Part shown: positions 51,601 through 64,000 of the stretch, piece by piece | Numbering within the stretch: the first letter of the stretch is position 1 | How the letters are laid out: each line of letters begins with the position of its first letter | Assembly (NCBI GenBank): GCA_050273025.1 | Contig: CP158635.1 | Location: 434,001 to 498,000, forward strand | Length of the DNA stretch: 64,000 nt | Direction of reading: 5' to 3' | Origin: Cenococcum geophilum | Taxonomy: Eukaryota | Translations under genes and position numbers: made by a program | The notes under the pieces: generated by a model | Told to the model about the DNA's origin: nothing | Databases searched by the model: none | What the model saw: only the letters and a program-made list of their open reading frames with translations

Positions 51601-51771
51601 TCTTGCCAAGGCTTACCTTGCCAAGCCGCTAGCCGCTTTTGGCAAGACCTTCGTTAGAAGGTCTGGTACACGGTTCGGATTTTTGTTAGTCCTGCGCGGG
51701 GTATTTAGGCCTATATACACCTACTTTGAGCTAAATTATCTCAATTTCCATAACTCCCTAAGCTATTCCTG

Positions 51772-54650
51772 ATGGCCAGAATTACCAAATTAAACCTGGC
51801 GAAGAAGACTACGTTGCCCGATTTGCCCGATTCCAATTCATTATCTCGTTATTACGCCCGACGCCCCCAAGTCGTAGCAGCCGCACTTCTCCCATAACCA
51901 CCGCCGCCCTCTTCCTACCACAGCCAGAGTACCCAAACCGATGAGCCAGCTTTAAATAACAATCAAGGACCATAAGTCTTTCATTCAGAACACAAAAGAG
52001 TTAATTTAATATTGGAACAGCTGCATAAGTACTGCTAGGGCATTACAACTTTTATTAAGTATTATATAACCGCTTCCGGCCCTTCTAATTACGATACGCT
52101 AGAGCGACGTGCAAATAGGCTATGGAAGGCAATATTTGAAGAGCCAGAAGTTAAGGAACGGCTTATGGTGTATGGTGATCGCCAGCTAGGAAGGCTCTAT
52201 TAAGAACCTCTGTGCAAGCAGATAGAGTAAGAGTTGGAGGATCTTATGCGCCCAAGAGAAGAGAACGGAGTTATTATTCCTGGTAGGCTTGGACGATTTA
52301 ACGCTAAAGAACCAGTTAAAAAGCTCGAGCTTAATACGATTACTGCTAATATACAGCGCCTTGCTCTAACGCTATGGAGCTTCCTTATAGCTTTAGTTTA
52401 GTAAAGGCCATATGCCAATTTTTGCGATATCACGCCTTACTATAATAAGCTCTTTATGGTGTGCGCAATCCTGGCGAACGTACGAGCCCCTTAAGCTAGC
52501 TACCGGTTCTATGCTGCTTTAGGGGTTCATTTATATAATATAGGTGTTAAACAAAGGTGTATTGCGCTTCTTTATAAGTTAGGAGTTATAATATTATATA
52601 CCGGTCTTGCCAAAATACGAAAGGAACTGGAGGAAGTTGGCAGGGTATATGCTTCCACACTTGAGGGTTTAGATAAGACGCCTCCGTCACTGCGAGTGGA
52701 GGGCATAGTTGAGGTATCTCAGCTGTAGATCGCGCACTTAAGGCGTCTCGGTCACTGCTAGTATAATAAATAGTAACTTTCTTATAGCGTATAATTAAGG
52801 CAACTGCTTTAAAGAACCGGAACCAGCTAATAGTTATATATAATAACTTTAACTAGAATAAAAGGGTTCAATATAAGACTATATTGAACACCAATAAGCA
52901 CCTCTCTGCTACTACTTCTAAGCTTATACTTAACCCCAAGTTTCCATATAACGGTCTTCGCACTTCTATACTTAAACCTACAGAACAGCTTACTCGTAGC
53001 GTAATCTTTAATTATCCTAGTAACTAGGCAGACAGCTACACGGAACAGTGCCAGTTATATTGGATTGCTGAGGCCATTGCGTATACAATACCAAAAGTTA
53101 AAGAGCTTGATATTGCCGTAGACTTCTGGCCCAGTATGCCTATTATAGATCGTCTCCTTCCACGAAAGCTATGCCACTTTGTATTAGGTCCAATTTTAGA
53201 GAATAAGGGTACTTTAGAGGGCACGTATAGTGTTCTTAGGAATATATTTGGTGGTGATGACGGCGAATGCGGGTTTCAAGAGGGCCAGCTGGGGTATAAG
53301 GATGGATCCTTTAATAATGGTGAATTAGTCTTAATTAATGGCGATTAGAAGACCATAGGCCTCCTTTAATCTATATAGCAAGAGCGCTATCTTAAAGAGC
53401 GTCACTATGAACAGCTAAAATGGTTTCTTCCTGTGGCTGGATTGTTCTATTAGCGAACTAACTATATGGATATAATATACGACATTTACCACGGACTATC
53501 TAACTGCTTTGAATTATTGGATTATAGCAAGGTCCACCTTGGCGCGTATTAGGGTTATAGGACGCCGTTCTATTATAAAGAGGAGGTCGCAATTAAGTCC
53601 TTTAACGCCCGAATTACTGCCTACTTCCTTAGTTTTTTTCCTCAAAATATTAAGGACTAGGGTAATAAGGGGGTTAATAATTGGATTACCGGATAAGATA
53701 TTAGAAGAGGTAATAAAACGGCAGCAGTAAGAGTAAGATTCCTTACTACCTTACAGCGTATTTAAGAGGAGTTCTTTTCGCCTAGCTAACGGTCCTGTGG
53801 TGATAAACTAGTTAATAAGGTGTTCTAAAACTATATTCGATTTATATAAGATATAGAGGTCTACCTTATATTAAAGTTTGCTATTAAGCACGCTAATATT
53901 GGGCTTATTAAACGGGTAATTGTTTGCTGCTGTATTCTCTTTACTAGTAGTGCAAAGAGTTAATATATATAGTTGGCTTTATACCTTACTAGATTGCTCG
54001 TAACTAAAGCCGCGGATTAAGTCCTCTAAAGATCATTACTTACTAGCATGTTGGTTAATTATAGAGGCCAGCAAGATAGTTAGTTTAAGATTAATCGACT
54101 TAACGAACATCATAATCTTGTTCTTAAGCTTCTTCTTTAAGGCCGGCGGCGAACTAGTTTAGATGTAACTAAGTTATTTACTCGAGTATTACTTACCGCT
54201 AGTTACTGCCTAGAGCTGTGGTATGCTATAGAGGACGCGTTTGGCTAGTTTAATAGTATATATTATATGCTAGCTGACGCAGCTACTAATATATATTATC
54301 TTATGCTTAAGCTGTTAACTACTATTATAAGGCGGCCTAGCGGACGAAAGAGTTACCTTAGCTGTAAGGATATTGTTAATATTGGAACCTGGAGGCTCTC
54401 TAGGGGTTTAAAGGAAGGATAGCCTACAAAGCTACCTTCTAAATTAACCTTATTACAATTAGAACCTTCTAGAGCTAGAAAGTAAAGAATCCTAAAGTAA
54501 CCAGCTTACTACGACTTGCTTATTAATGGCTTTAATGTAAAGCTGTAAGGGCGTATTCCTGTAGTAGAAGGCCTTAATAATATTGATGTAGATAAGCCTA
54601 AGATAACACTAATTAATACCTTACTTAATAGAGCTGCACTTAATACCTAA
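51772..54650 (+). pseudogene. DUF6589-like protein (possible DDE transposase), RIP-degraded, probable intron 52645-52787
   Basis: ATG at 51772; IYNNFN (YDN, ~52835), ENKGTLEG, LINGD*KT (GDQ, ~53340), WFLPVAGLFY (GLFH, ~53420-53450), FAIKHANIG, MLVN..G..DS*FKINRLNEHHN (~54050-54115), acidic C-terminus. Family recalled from motifs; 3' end approximate. Confidence 0.65.
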
Positions 54651-54689
54651 TCTTGTGGACTTCCTATCTAGTTCTAGTGTTCTATATGT

Positions 54690-57600
54690 GGCTATTGTCT
54701 AGCTAATAAAGAATACTTTAATAAGATAAAGAATACCCGTAAAAGTAAGCTTAAGCCTAGAGAGCTTATGCTAGTATGGGATGTAAAGAAGGTAAAGGAT
54801 ATGTTGCGATGGCAAAAGCTGCAGCTAAAATAGCAGGGCCCCCTCCGGATTAAAAGGTCATTAGAAAAAGGGTTCTATAAAATTAAGAACCTTAATAGCA
54901 CTAAAATAGAAGGCACCCTATATGGGAATTGGTTGAAACGGTTTTATATATAAGATCCCAAGGGGATTAGACCAGAAGACCGTATGAATAAAAGTAACCA
55001 TAATATAGAAGAAGTCTTTGCAGAAGAAGAAGCACCTAAAGAGGAGGCTATGGTAGCGTCTCTTTTTTCTAACTACACTACGATTTTACCGCGTCTTAAG
55101 GATCACACAACCCTACTAAAAAGGCAGTCTTCTATAAAGATTCTTTTATAAATAGGCTATTACTTAGGACACCTATCACTATAAGTAGCAACTTATTTGC
55201 TTTTTTCTCTCTACCTCTATAATAAATACGTAAAGCAACTATAAGGATTAGAGTCTTTTACTGCACTCCTACCTTATCCCACTAGCACGAGGAATTAGGA
55301 AAAGAGTTTAGCTCTTTAAAGCTGGTTTTAAATCCTCTATCTTAATAACTACTCTTATAAGGAATAACTATATATATAGTCTTCTTCCTTCTACCTTTAT
55401 TACCAATAACTATCTCTTATAAGTATTTTATATTTTTACGTTCTATAATTTTTGAATTAATATTTTTGTTTCCTTTTAAGTTAAGAGAAGAGCTATTTTA
55501 CTTTAAGAAGTCTTAGTTAAGTATACTAGAAGTTAAAGTTAGGCATTATCTAAGTCTTGTTTATTCTTTTAAAAAATTGTTAATATTAAAGTTATTATTA
55601 TATAAATGTCTTAGTAAGGAAAATCTAACTAATTAGACAACTTTAACCGGCGGTCGAAGTTCCTTAATATCTTAAGATTTTATGTGACGACTATTTTAAT
55701 TTACCTTTTTAGTAAATACTATAAGATCTTTATTTTGACTTCCTATTATCCTGTTATCCTATTATCCTATTACCCTATCTCGTTTAATTGTACGCGCCCG
55801 TTTGCCTTTCTTTACATTAAGAAGCACTATTGTTACCCTTCTCTTAAATTGCCTGTTGTATACGCGGAATTTCACTGTAAAAATGCCTAGAACTATGGAA
55901 CTCCGCTTAAAAGGAAGGCCGCCGCCTCTGCCTCCTACGCCTCCGCCTTCTACTATCTGGTTGATGGCCCTTATATACTAAGGAAAGGCGTAGATAATAG
56001 AGGTTATTCTTAAAGCTGCCTAAAGCCACCCGGTTAATTAGCGCGTAAATATCTATTATAGTTTAATATAGGTTATTTTAAACTAGGAGCATAATATGGT
56101 TAAGGCTGCAAGAAATGCTATAATTAAGATTAAAAAGGATGGAGAGCTTAAAGGAAACTTGGAAAGTAAAGAGTGGGAAAATACCTTTATAGATATTAGG
56201 AAGCTTTTTAAGATTACTTATAAGATTAATAAGATTAAGATAGTACGGGATATAGTTAAGAAGGAGTAGGGAGAGGAACTTTTAGAAGGTTTCTGTAAGC
56301 TCTTTTATATATATTACGCACTAAAAAGCATTTATATCCTTATTAATTAAGTTAAAAAGAGCGAGATCGCTAGAGAGAATGTGTTAAAGATAGTTAATAA
56401 TATAATGCTAAACCGCCTAGAACTCTTAAAGGCTGGGATCTTAAGGACTCTATGCCTGACACCCTCGGATTTCCTTAATATTTATAAATTCGGACTAGAA
56501 GTTAATAAGGAGCTAGTTAGGAAATAGAGGCTCGCCTGTTATTTAAGCTAGGGCTATAAGCTTTTAGTGCTAGCCTTAACCGTTAAAGCTAGAGGAGAGG
56601 GATTTATACTAGAGCCAGTTACTCTGGGACCTCTATTGGTACCTTTTAAAGAGGTTAAAGGCTTAAACGTAAAGATGCTGTGTAGTATGTTTCTATTTGG
56701 AGGTAAGGTTCCTAAAGCTAATGGAGAGAACTCTAAATCTGATAAATCTACGTCTTTGGAGGATGTCTTTGTTGCTAGCTCCTTGCAGAAACGTAAGGCT
56801 AAAAAAGCTTCTAAGAAATCTCTTAGAAAGAAGCTAAAAATAGGACCTATGGAACCTTTAGCTTCTGGTAAAGCTAATAGACGAAAGGGAAAAGTAGCTA
56901 TAATTGCTGAAGCTGATGGAGAGGTAATTATTAGGAAACTATGGCCAAAATAAAAAATAAAAAGCTTATACTATTTTAAAACGCTAGTTAAATTAATAAA
57001 GGCTCTTAATTTAAAGAAAGAACTAGAAGGCGGTGTCTCTTCCGTCTTATAATAGTTTATTATAGCCTGGCAAGGAAATGAGATAGAAGTCCGCGCGCTA
57101 TGCCGGATATATCTTTAGAAAATGGTAGGATTGCTAGGACTAGATGCTAGTGCTTCCTTTATAAATTTATATTTGCGAATTTACTTAGTCTCTAAGAACT
57201 ATAATGCTATTAATATTCTCCGGACAGCCAAAAGCTCTTATTTTTGGTTTAAAAGGGATAGTTATCCTAAGTATACAAATGATGGTTTTAGGATTTACGC
57301 TTATTCTACTATACGACCTAGTAATTATTAAGTAGATTGTATAGGGTTAAGGAAGCTTATATTAGGCTTAAAAGGGGAAATAGAATAGGACTTGTTTGAA
57401 ATTCACTAGGCCGATTTATTTAAATGGTGGAAAGATGCTAAAATTCTAGATATTTTTAAAGAGGAGTTTAATATATATGCGCATTATTTGCGTAAGACCG
57501 CTAGAGAGGAAAATAGCGGTATCCTTTGGACTATGTGCTATTCTTTGCTATAGTAGGCAGTTCGGATAGATCTGGAGCACTACTGGCATACAGTGGCTTT

Positions 57601-59339
57601 ACGCGCTGATAGCGCTACTCGTTTTATTGCATATCTAAGCTATACGCTTTGGTTCCTTAGTAGCCATCTCCCTGAAAAGCGGAACTTGGAAATTGACCTT
57701 CTGCGAGTGCGTAAAGGAGGGCTAAATTCTGGAGAAAGCTGGCTTTGTTCTTGTGTCTCCTTAATTAATAAGGGGAGTTAGTCTTGCGTAGAGTTTCTAC
57801 CTAGTATGTATTAGTATATACCGGAATAGGTAGGCTTGCTTTAAGAACGTGGTGAACTTAATAGTAGAGGGCGTATTAAGAATATGGAAACTGCTTGGAC
57901 TAAAGCTAATGCTAAGAAGTTTAAGCTTAACTAGATGCCTATTACGTTAAGGACTAATAAAGTGCGGTTTATAAAAGCTACTATTATATAAGGAGCCTCT
58001 TAAGCAATATTAAGTTGCTTAATTATTATACTAGACTTAATCGCAATCCTACTAAATACTAAGAGATTGGAGATTCCTGGGCTTGAGAGCCAGCAGGCCG
58101 TTATATAGATGAATTTAGACGCTTTTCCCTTGGTTTTAAACCCTACTGGCGAACCTATTTCTAACGCTCCTCTATATAAGTTTCTGGCCTATATATAGCT
58201 GTAGGTAAAGAGCGCTGTTTTAAATGCTTTAGTTGGGAGACTTTTATGGGACGACCCTTGAGTAAGAAGAGAGCAACAGTTAATCTTGGATCCTTTATTA
58301 AATAATAAATATAAAGTATTTTGGGAAAGATATAGGACGCGTGTTGCTGAGGCTGTTTGTAAGAGCTTTGGAGAGCTAGAGGAATTTAAGCGGGAGGTAT
58401 TTAGGGTAAAGTCTTACTTTTTGGTAAAAGAATAAGGGCGTAAGCGTCCTGTAGATGACCTAGAATATCCTAAAGACTTGGTTTTAGATCTAGAATATGA
58501 ATATGACCCGGCTGGTATAACTTCTCGCGCTTTCCCGCTAACCGATTATAGTTCTGAAGGCTATTTTAAAGGCGAGGCTGGGGCTGTTATACCTTAGGGC
58601 GCTAGGATTGCTGTGCTAAACCTTGGTCCTGATATATTTAATAATAAGGTAGCGCCTATAGAAATTAACTGGGAGCTAAAGGATATAAGCAAGCTTAAAG
58701 AAGATGGCTTCCGAAATGCTGCTTCTGAATATTCGCCGGTATTTGTTAATGTTTTAGAGAATATTAATAAGCTAGTAGTATTATACTACCTAACGCCTTT
58801 ATTAATTTCAAAAAAGGGTACTACTTTAGAAGAACAGACGATTAATTCTAGTGTTTTTTAACCTCCTGCGTAGAAGATAATATAAGCGGAAATAAATGCT
58901 ATCTGTAAAAAGGTGTCTTTAAAACTCTAGGTTGGTATTATTGATACGTAGAATGATGTAAATGTAGAGCTTAAGGTGGAAGGCGTAGATGATATGGAAC
59001 AGAGGCGATAAATAGGGAAGGGGTATAGGTAGCTTTAGAGGAGTTAAAGGTATACTAGGTGTTAGGTTGTTTTTTTTTATCCTTAAGCGTTTCTTACCTA
59101 CTAAATAGGGTCTGTAAAGAAACGTTAGGGGATAATGTTTTAGGTGGGGGTAGTAATATAGTAGTGTGGAATGCTTCTTGGTTATTTTAGTTTATTTCTT
59201 ATTATATATAGGGGGCTTAGGGTTATATATATTACAGAAGCAACCTAGGCTTTAACCTTATCTTAAAAAAAATCCAACTTACCCTCTAGTTATTCTTCTA
59301 CCTTTCTGGCGTAACTTATCTAGTCCCATTCCCCTTATA
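54690..59339 (+). mobile_element. 3' half of a non-chromodomain Gypsy (copy 1): integrase tail, extra ORFs, PPT and putative 3' LTR
   Basis: LANKEYFNK..LKPRELMLVWD..KLQLK*QGPLRI..YKI.NLNST...GNWLKRF (integrase GPY/F tail, 54700-54945); AAACGTT..AATGTTT hairpin and GGTGGGGG PPT at 59120-59150; TGTGG at 59165 (LTR end ~59339 uncertain). Confidence 0.75.
55883..59011 (+). pseudogene. Extra ~1040-codon ORF of the Gypsy (copy 1) with a PhyH/2OG-Fe(II) dioxygenase-like C-terminal half
   Basis: ATG 55883 and ORF-track pieces 56567, 57122, 57593 and 58613 are all in one frame; interrupting stops are mostly RIP-type TAA/TAG. The family resemblance is inference. Confidence 0.75.
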
Positions 59340-59689
59340 ATGCTTAATTAAGTATTATTTTTTAGTGTTAGGCTTTGCCCTTTTATACTAGCTCTCTATT
59401 ATTTACTACTATAATTAGATTAGTATCTATATATTACCTTCCTTTTTAAAAAGTAGCTAGATCTAATTAACCTATAGCTTTGCCTATAAGCTTATTAAAA
59501 TATTAGATACTTAGTTCAACTTTGATAATATTTTTAACGAGATTCTTAAATCTACTCCTCTTCCTTAGCTTCTACTATAGCTTCTGCCGCTTCTTCCACT
59601 ACCTCTATGGAGGAAGCCTTATATCTAACTTAAATGGCTACCCTTTAGGAACAGGCCTTAATGGATAGCTCTGCCTTCCTATATAGTAG

Positions 59690-62600
59690 ACACTTCTGTA
59701 GAATAAGGTAAAAATAATAGAAGAGTTAATTATTCTAAGAATGAAATAGTTTAAGTAATAAGAGATGAATAATAAAGAAGCTTAAGAGAGGATGCGCCGC
59801 TATCGTCTAGCCAATAGAGAATACCTGTAAGGGCAAGCTTGAGTCTGGGGGGCTTGTGCTAGTATAGGATGCAAAAAAGGCAAAAGATATATCGCGGTAG
59901 TAAAAGCTATAGCCAAAATAGCAGGGTCCCTTCCGGATTAAAATGGCATCAGAAAAAGGGTTCTATAAACTTAATGGTACTAAAATGAGAGGCAATCTAT
60001 ATGGGAATAGGTTAAAACGGTTCCTTATATAAGATCTTAAGGAAGTTAGACCAGAAGGCCATATAAATGAAAGCAACGTAATATAGAAGAGGTTCCCGCA
60101 GAAGAGAAGGCACCTAAGGAGGAGGCCGTAGCGTAGGCAGAGAAAAGGTAATCTCTAGGAAGAATTAGCCGAGTTCTCGTCTATAAAAGTCCTCCTGCCC
60201 TCTTATTTAAGCAACTTAATCGCCACTACTTATTAAAAGAGTTCCTTTAAGCTTCCTAAAAGACAAATAGCTAGTTTCCTACTATACCGGTATAGCGCCG
60301 TACTGCTCTATTAGTATAAGGATTGTATAAGCTAAGCTTAATTAAACCCTTCTAAGGAAAGAAAGTAGAAGGAAAAAAGTAAGAGAGAAAGCCTTTATAA
60401 ACGGTAATTAACTAAGATTATATTATAGTTATAGTTAATTCTACCTATCCTTTGTATATGTTTCTCCCTTCTAATTATATTATAATCTTATTACGTTTTA
60501 AGGATTATAGCTTTACTAAGAGACGGTCTTCTACAAAGATCCTTCTATAGGTAAGCCATTATTTAGGATACCTATTACTATAAGCAGCAACTCTTTCTCT
60601 GTCTTTTCTTTATCTCTATAACGAACGCATAAAGTAACTATAAGTAAGGCTTATCTAAGGAACACTCGGGACTATAATGGCTAGCACTCTTAAAGACTAA
60701 GAGTCTTCTACCGCACTCCTACCTTACTGCCATAAGCAATTAGGAAAAGAGTTTACTTCTTTAAAGCTGGTTCTAAATCCTTAGTCTTAATAACTGCTCT
60801 TATAGAGAATAACTTTATATATAGTCTTCTTCCTTTTATCCTCGTTACTAGTAACTATCTCTTATAAGTATTTTATATTTTTACGCTCTACAATTTTTAA
60901 TTTAGCATTTTTATTTCCTTTTAAGTTGAGAGAAGAGCTACTTACTTTAAGAAACCTTAGTTAAGCATATTGGAGGTTAAAGTTAATTTTTAGTACTAAC
61001 TAATGTTATTATCATAGAAAAGTCTTAGTAAGGAAAATCTAACTAATTAGACAACTTCGACCGCTGGTTAAAGTTCCTCGATATATTAATAATTTACGTA
61101 ATAGTCCTTTTTAATTCACCTTTTTCTAGAAAATATTATAAGGCCTTTATTTTAATTTCTTATTATCTTATCTTATTTAGTTATACGCGCCTGTTTACTT
61201 TTCTCTTACGTTAAGAAGACACTATTATAACTCTTATCTTAAAATACTACCTATACGCCTGTTGCGCACACAAAATATTACTATAAAAATGTCTGGAACT
61301 ATAGAACTCCGCTTAAAAGGAAAGCTGCTGCCTCTGCCTCCTATGCCTCTGCCTCCCGCGCCTCTACCTCCTACTATCTAGTTAATGGCCCTTGCATACT
61401 AAGGAAAGGCGCAAACAATAGAGGTCATCTTTAGGGCCGCCTAAAGCCACCTAGTTAATTAGCGCGTAAACATCTATTATAGTTTAATATAGGCTATTAT
61501 AAACCAGGAGCATAATATAGTTAAGGCTGTAAAAAATGCAATGGTTGAGATTGAGAAGGATAATAAGCTTAAGGGAAATTTGGGAAATAAAGATTAGGAA
61601 AACGCCTTTACGGACATCAGAAAGCTCTCTAAGATTACCCATAAAATTAATAAGATTAAGGCGGTGCGAAATACAATTAAGAAGGAGTAGGGAGAGGAAC
61701 TTTTAGAAGGTCCCTACAAGCTCTTCTATACGTATTACGCACTGAAAAGCATCCGTATCTTTATTAATTAGGTAAAAAGAAGTTAGATCTCCAGGAAAGA
61801 TACGTTAGAAATAATTAATAATGCAATACTAAGCCGCCTGGAACTCTTAAAGGCTAGGATCTTAAGGACCCTATACCCAACACCCTTAGACTTTCTTACC
61901 GCCTATAAATTTAGATCGGTAGTTAATAAGGAGTTAATTAAGAAATAGAAGCTTATTTATTATCTAAGCTAGGGCCATAAGCTTTTAGTACTAGCCTTAA
62001 CTGTTAAAACTGAAGAGGAATCTGCACTAGAGCCAGTTACTCTGGTGCCTCTACTATTACCTTTTAAGGAGGTTAAAGGCTTAAACATAAGAATACTGCG
62101 TAGCTCATTTCTGTTTAAAGGTAAGGTACCTAAAGCGTAAGGAGAAGACTCCGAATCTAATAAATCTACGTCTTTAGAGGATGACTTCGTTGCTGGCTCC
62201 CTATAGAAATGCAGGGCTGGAAAAGCTTCTAAGAAATCCCTAAGAAAGAAGCTAAAGATAGGACCTGCGGAACCTCTAGCTTCTAGTAGAGCTAATAGGC
62301 AGAAGGGAAAAGCAGCAATAATTACTAAAGGAGAGGTAATTATTAGGAAAGCACAGCTAAAGCGGAAAATGAAATGCTCGTATTATTCTAAAACGCTAGC
62401 TGAATTAATTAAGGCCCTTAATTCTAAGAAAGAGCTAGAAGATGGTATCTTTTCTATCTTATACTAATTTATTACGGCCTGGCAGGGAAATGGAACAGAA
62501 GTCCGCGCGTTATACCAGATACATCTTTAGAAAATGGTAGGATTATTAGGATTAGATGCCAGCGTTTCTTCTACTAATTTATATTTACAAATCTGCTTAG

Positions 62601-64000
62601 TCTCTAAGAACTATAATACTATTGACATTCTCCAGACGGCTAAAAGCTCCTATTTCTAGTTTAAAAAGAATAGTCGCCTAAAGTATGCAAACAATAACCT
62701 TGAAATTTACGCATATTCTGCTATATAGCCTAGCGATTATCTAGTTAACTACATAGGATTAAGAAAGCTTATATTGGGCTTAAAAGGGGAACTTAAATAG
62801 GACCTGCTCGGAATCCACTATGCCGATTTATTTAAATGGTAGGAAGACGTCGGAATTTTAGGCATTTTTAAGGAAGAGTTTAATATATACGCGCACTATT
62901 TGCGAAAGACTGCTAGGGAAGAAAAAGATGGTATCCTCCGGACTATGTGTTATTCCTTACTATAATAGGTGGTTCGTATAGATCTAAAGCACTATAGACA
63001 CACCGTGGCTTTACGCACTAATAATGCTACTTGTTTTATTGCATATTTAAGCTACACGCTCCAGTTTCTTAATAGCCATCTTCCTAAAAAACGGAACTTG
63101 GAAATTGATCTTCTTTGGGTACGCGAAGGAGGGCCAAATTCTGGAAACAGCTGGCTTCATTCTTGTGTTTCCTTGATTAAGGAGGGGAGTTAGTTTTATA
63201 CAGAACTTCTACCCGGAATGCATTAGTATATACTAGAATGGGTAGATTTGCTTTAAGAGCGCGGAGAACTTAATAGTAGGGGGCGTTTTAAGAATATGGA
63301 GACGGCCTGGATTAAGGCTAATGCTAAGAAATTCGAGCTTAACTGGATACCCATTGCGTTGAAAACTGAAGAAGTACGGTTTATAAAAGTTACTGTTATA
63401 TAAGGAGCATCTTAAGCAACATTAAGCCGCTTAATTGTTACTTTAGACTTAATTGCAATCCTGCTAAACACTAGGAAATTAGAAATCCCTAGGCTTAAGA
63501 GCTAGTAGGAGGTTATATGGATGAATCTAACTAGTCTTCCCCTGGCATTAACTCCTACTGGCGAACCTATTACTAGTATTCCTCTATATAAATTCCCGGC
63601 CTATATATAACTGTAGGCAAAGAGTGCCCTTTTAAATGCTTTGGTTGGAAGACTTTTATAGAATAATTCTTAAGTAAGGGCAGAACAGCGGGTAATCCTA
63701 GATCCTACCTTAAATAATGAATATGAAGCATTTTGGGAAAGATATAGGGCGCGTGTTGCTGAGGCTGTTTGTGATAGTTTTAAAGAGCTTAAGGAATTTG
63801 AATGAGAGGTATTTAGGGCGAGGTCTTACTTTTTAGTAAAAGAACAAGGCTATAGGCGTCCCGTAGATAACTTAGAATACCCTAAAGACCTAAGTTTAGA
63901 TCTAGAAAACGAGGGTATAACTTCTAGCGCTTCCCTATTAACTAAGTATAGTTCTAAAGGCTATACTAAAGGCGAGGATGGGGCTATTACACCTTAAGGC
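59690..64000 (+). mobile_element. 3' half of the same Gypsy family (copy 2), running off the window
   Basis: *NKVKIIEELIILRMK..ERMRRYRLAN..QGPFRI..GNRLKRF at 59700-60025, then collinear with 54690-58600. Confidence 0.8.
61289..64000 (+). pseudogene. Extra ORF of the Gypsy (copy 2), incomplete at the window edge
   Basis: ATG 61289 is in frame with ORF-track piece 62969; paralogue of 55883-59011. Confidence 0.75.

Noticed and set aside
50535..51772. Plus-strand Cys/Leu-rich ORFs as secreted effectors
   Set aside because: They overlap in several frames in GC-rich DNA and look like antisense shadows of the minus-strand repeat frame; no credible gene structure.

Overview
AT-rich, gene-free block from a filamentous ascomycete, made almost entirely of nested transposable elements degraded by RIP (pervasive C>T/G>A, TpA excess, Trp/Gln codons turned into TAG/TAA). 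No intact host gene, rRNA, tRNA or CRISPR is supported. Left part: Helitron fragment (1-1609), solo LTR, an unassigned stretch, a minus-strand tyrosine-recombinase (YR) retroelement fragment and a LINE 3' half. Centre: a ~7.8 kb chromodomain Gypsy (7336-41393) inflated to 34 kb by a Copia (itself holding a complete Ngaro-type YR retrotransposon), a hAT, a second Gypsy (itself holding a GalEa-type Copia) and a MITE. Right part: a third Gypsy fragment holding a full-length Tad1-like LINE, the 3' end of a minus-strand LTR element with a repeat-protein region, a DUF6589-like pseudogene, and two tandem Gypsy 3' halves. Most interesting: (i) those two Gypsy halves carry a ~1040-codon extra ORF between integrase and PPT/LTR with a PhyH/2OG-Fe(II)-dioxygenase-like region; (ii) the DUF6589-like ORF has a RAG1/Transib/Chapaev-like D-D-H-E motif order and a CACGG 100 bp upstream; (iii) an ACTGATCAG-plus-hairpin module is shared by three unrelated retrotransposon families; (iv) the Ngaro-type element integrated through an 8-bp core shared with its circle junction. 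Protein family calls come from manual translation, de-RIP reasoning and motif recall, not database searches.
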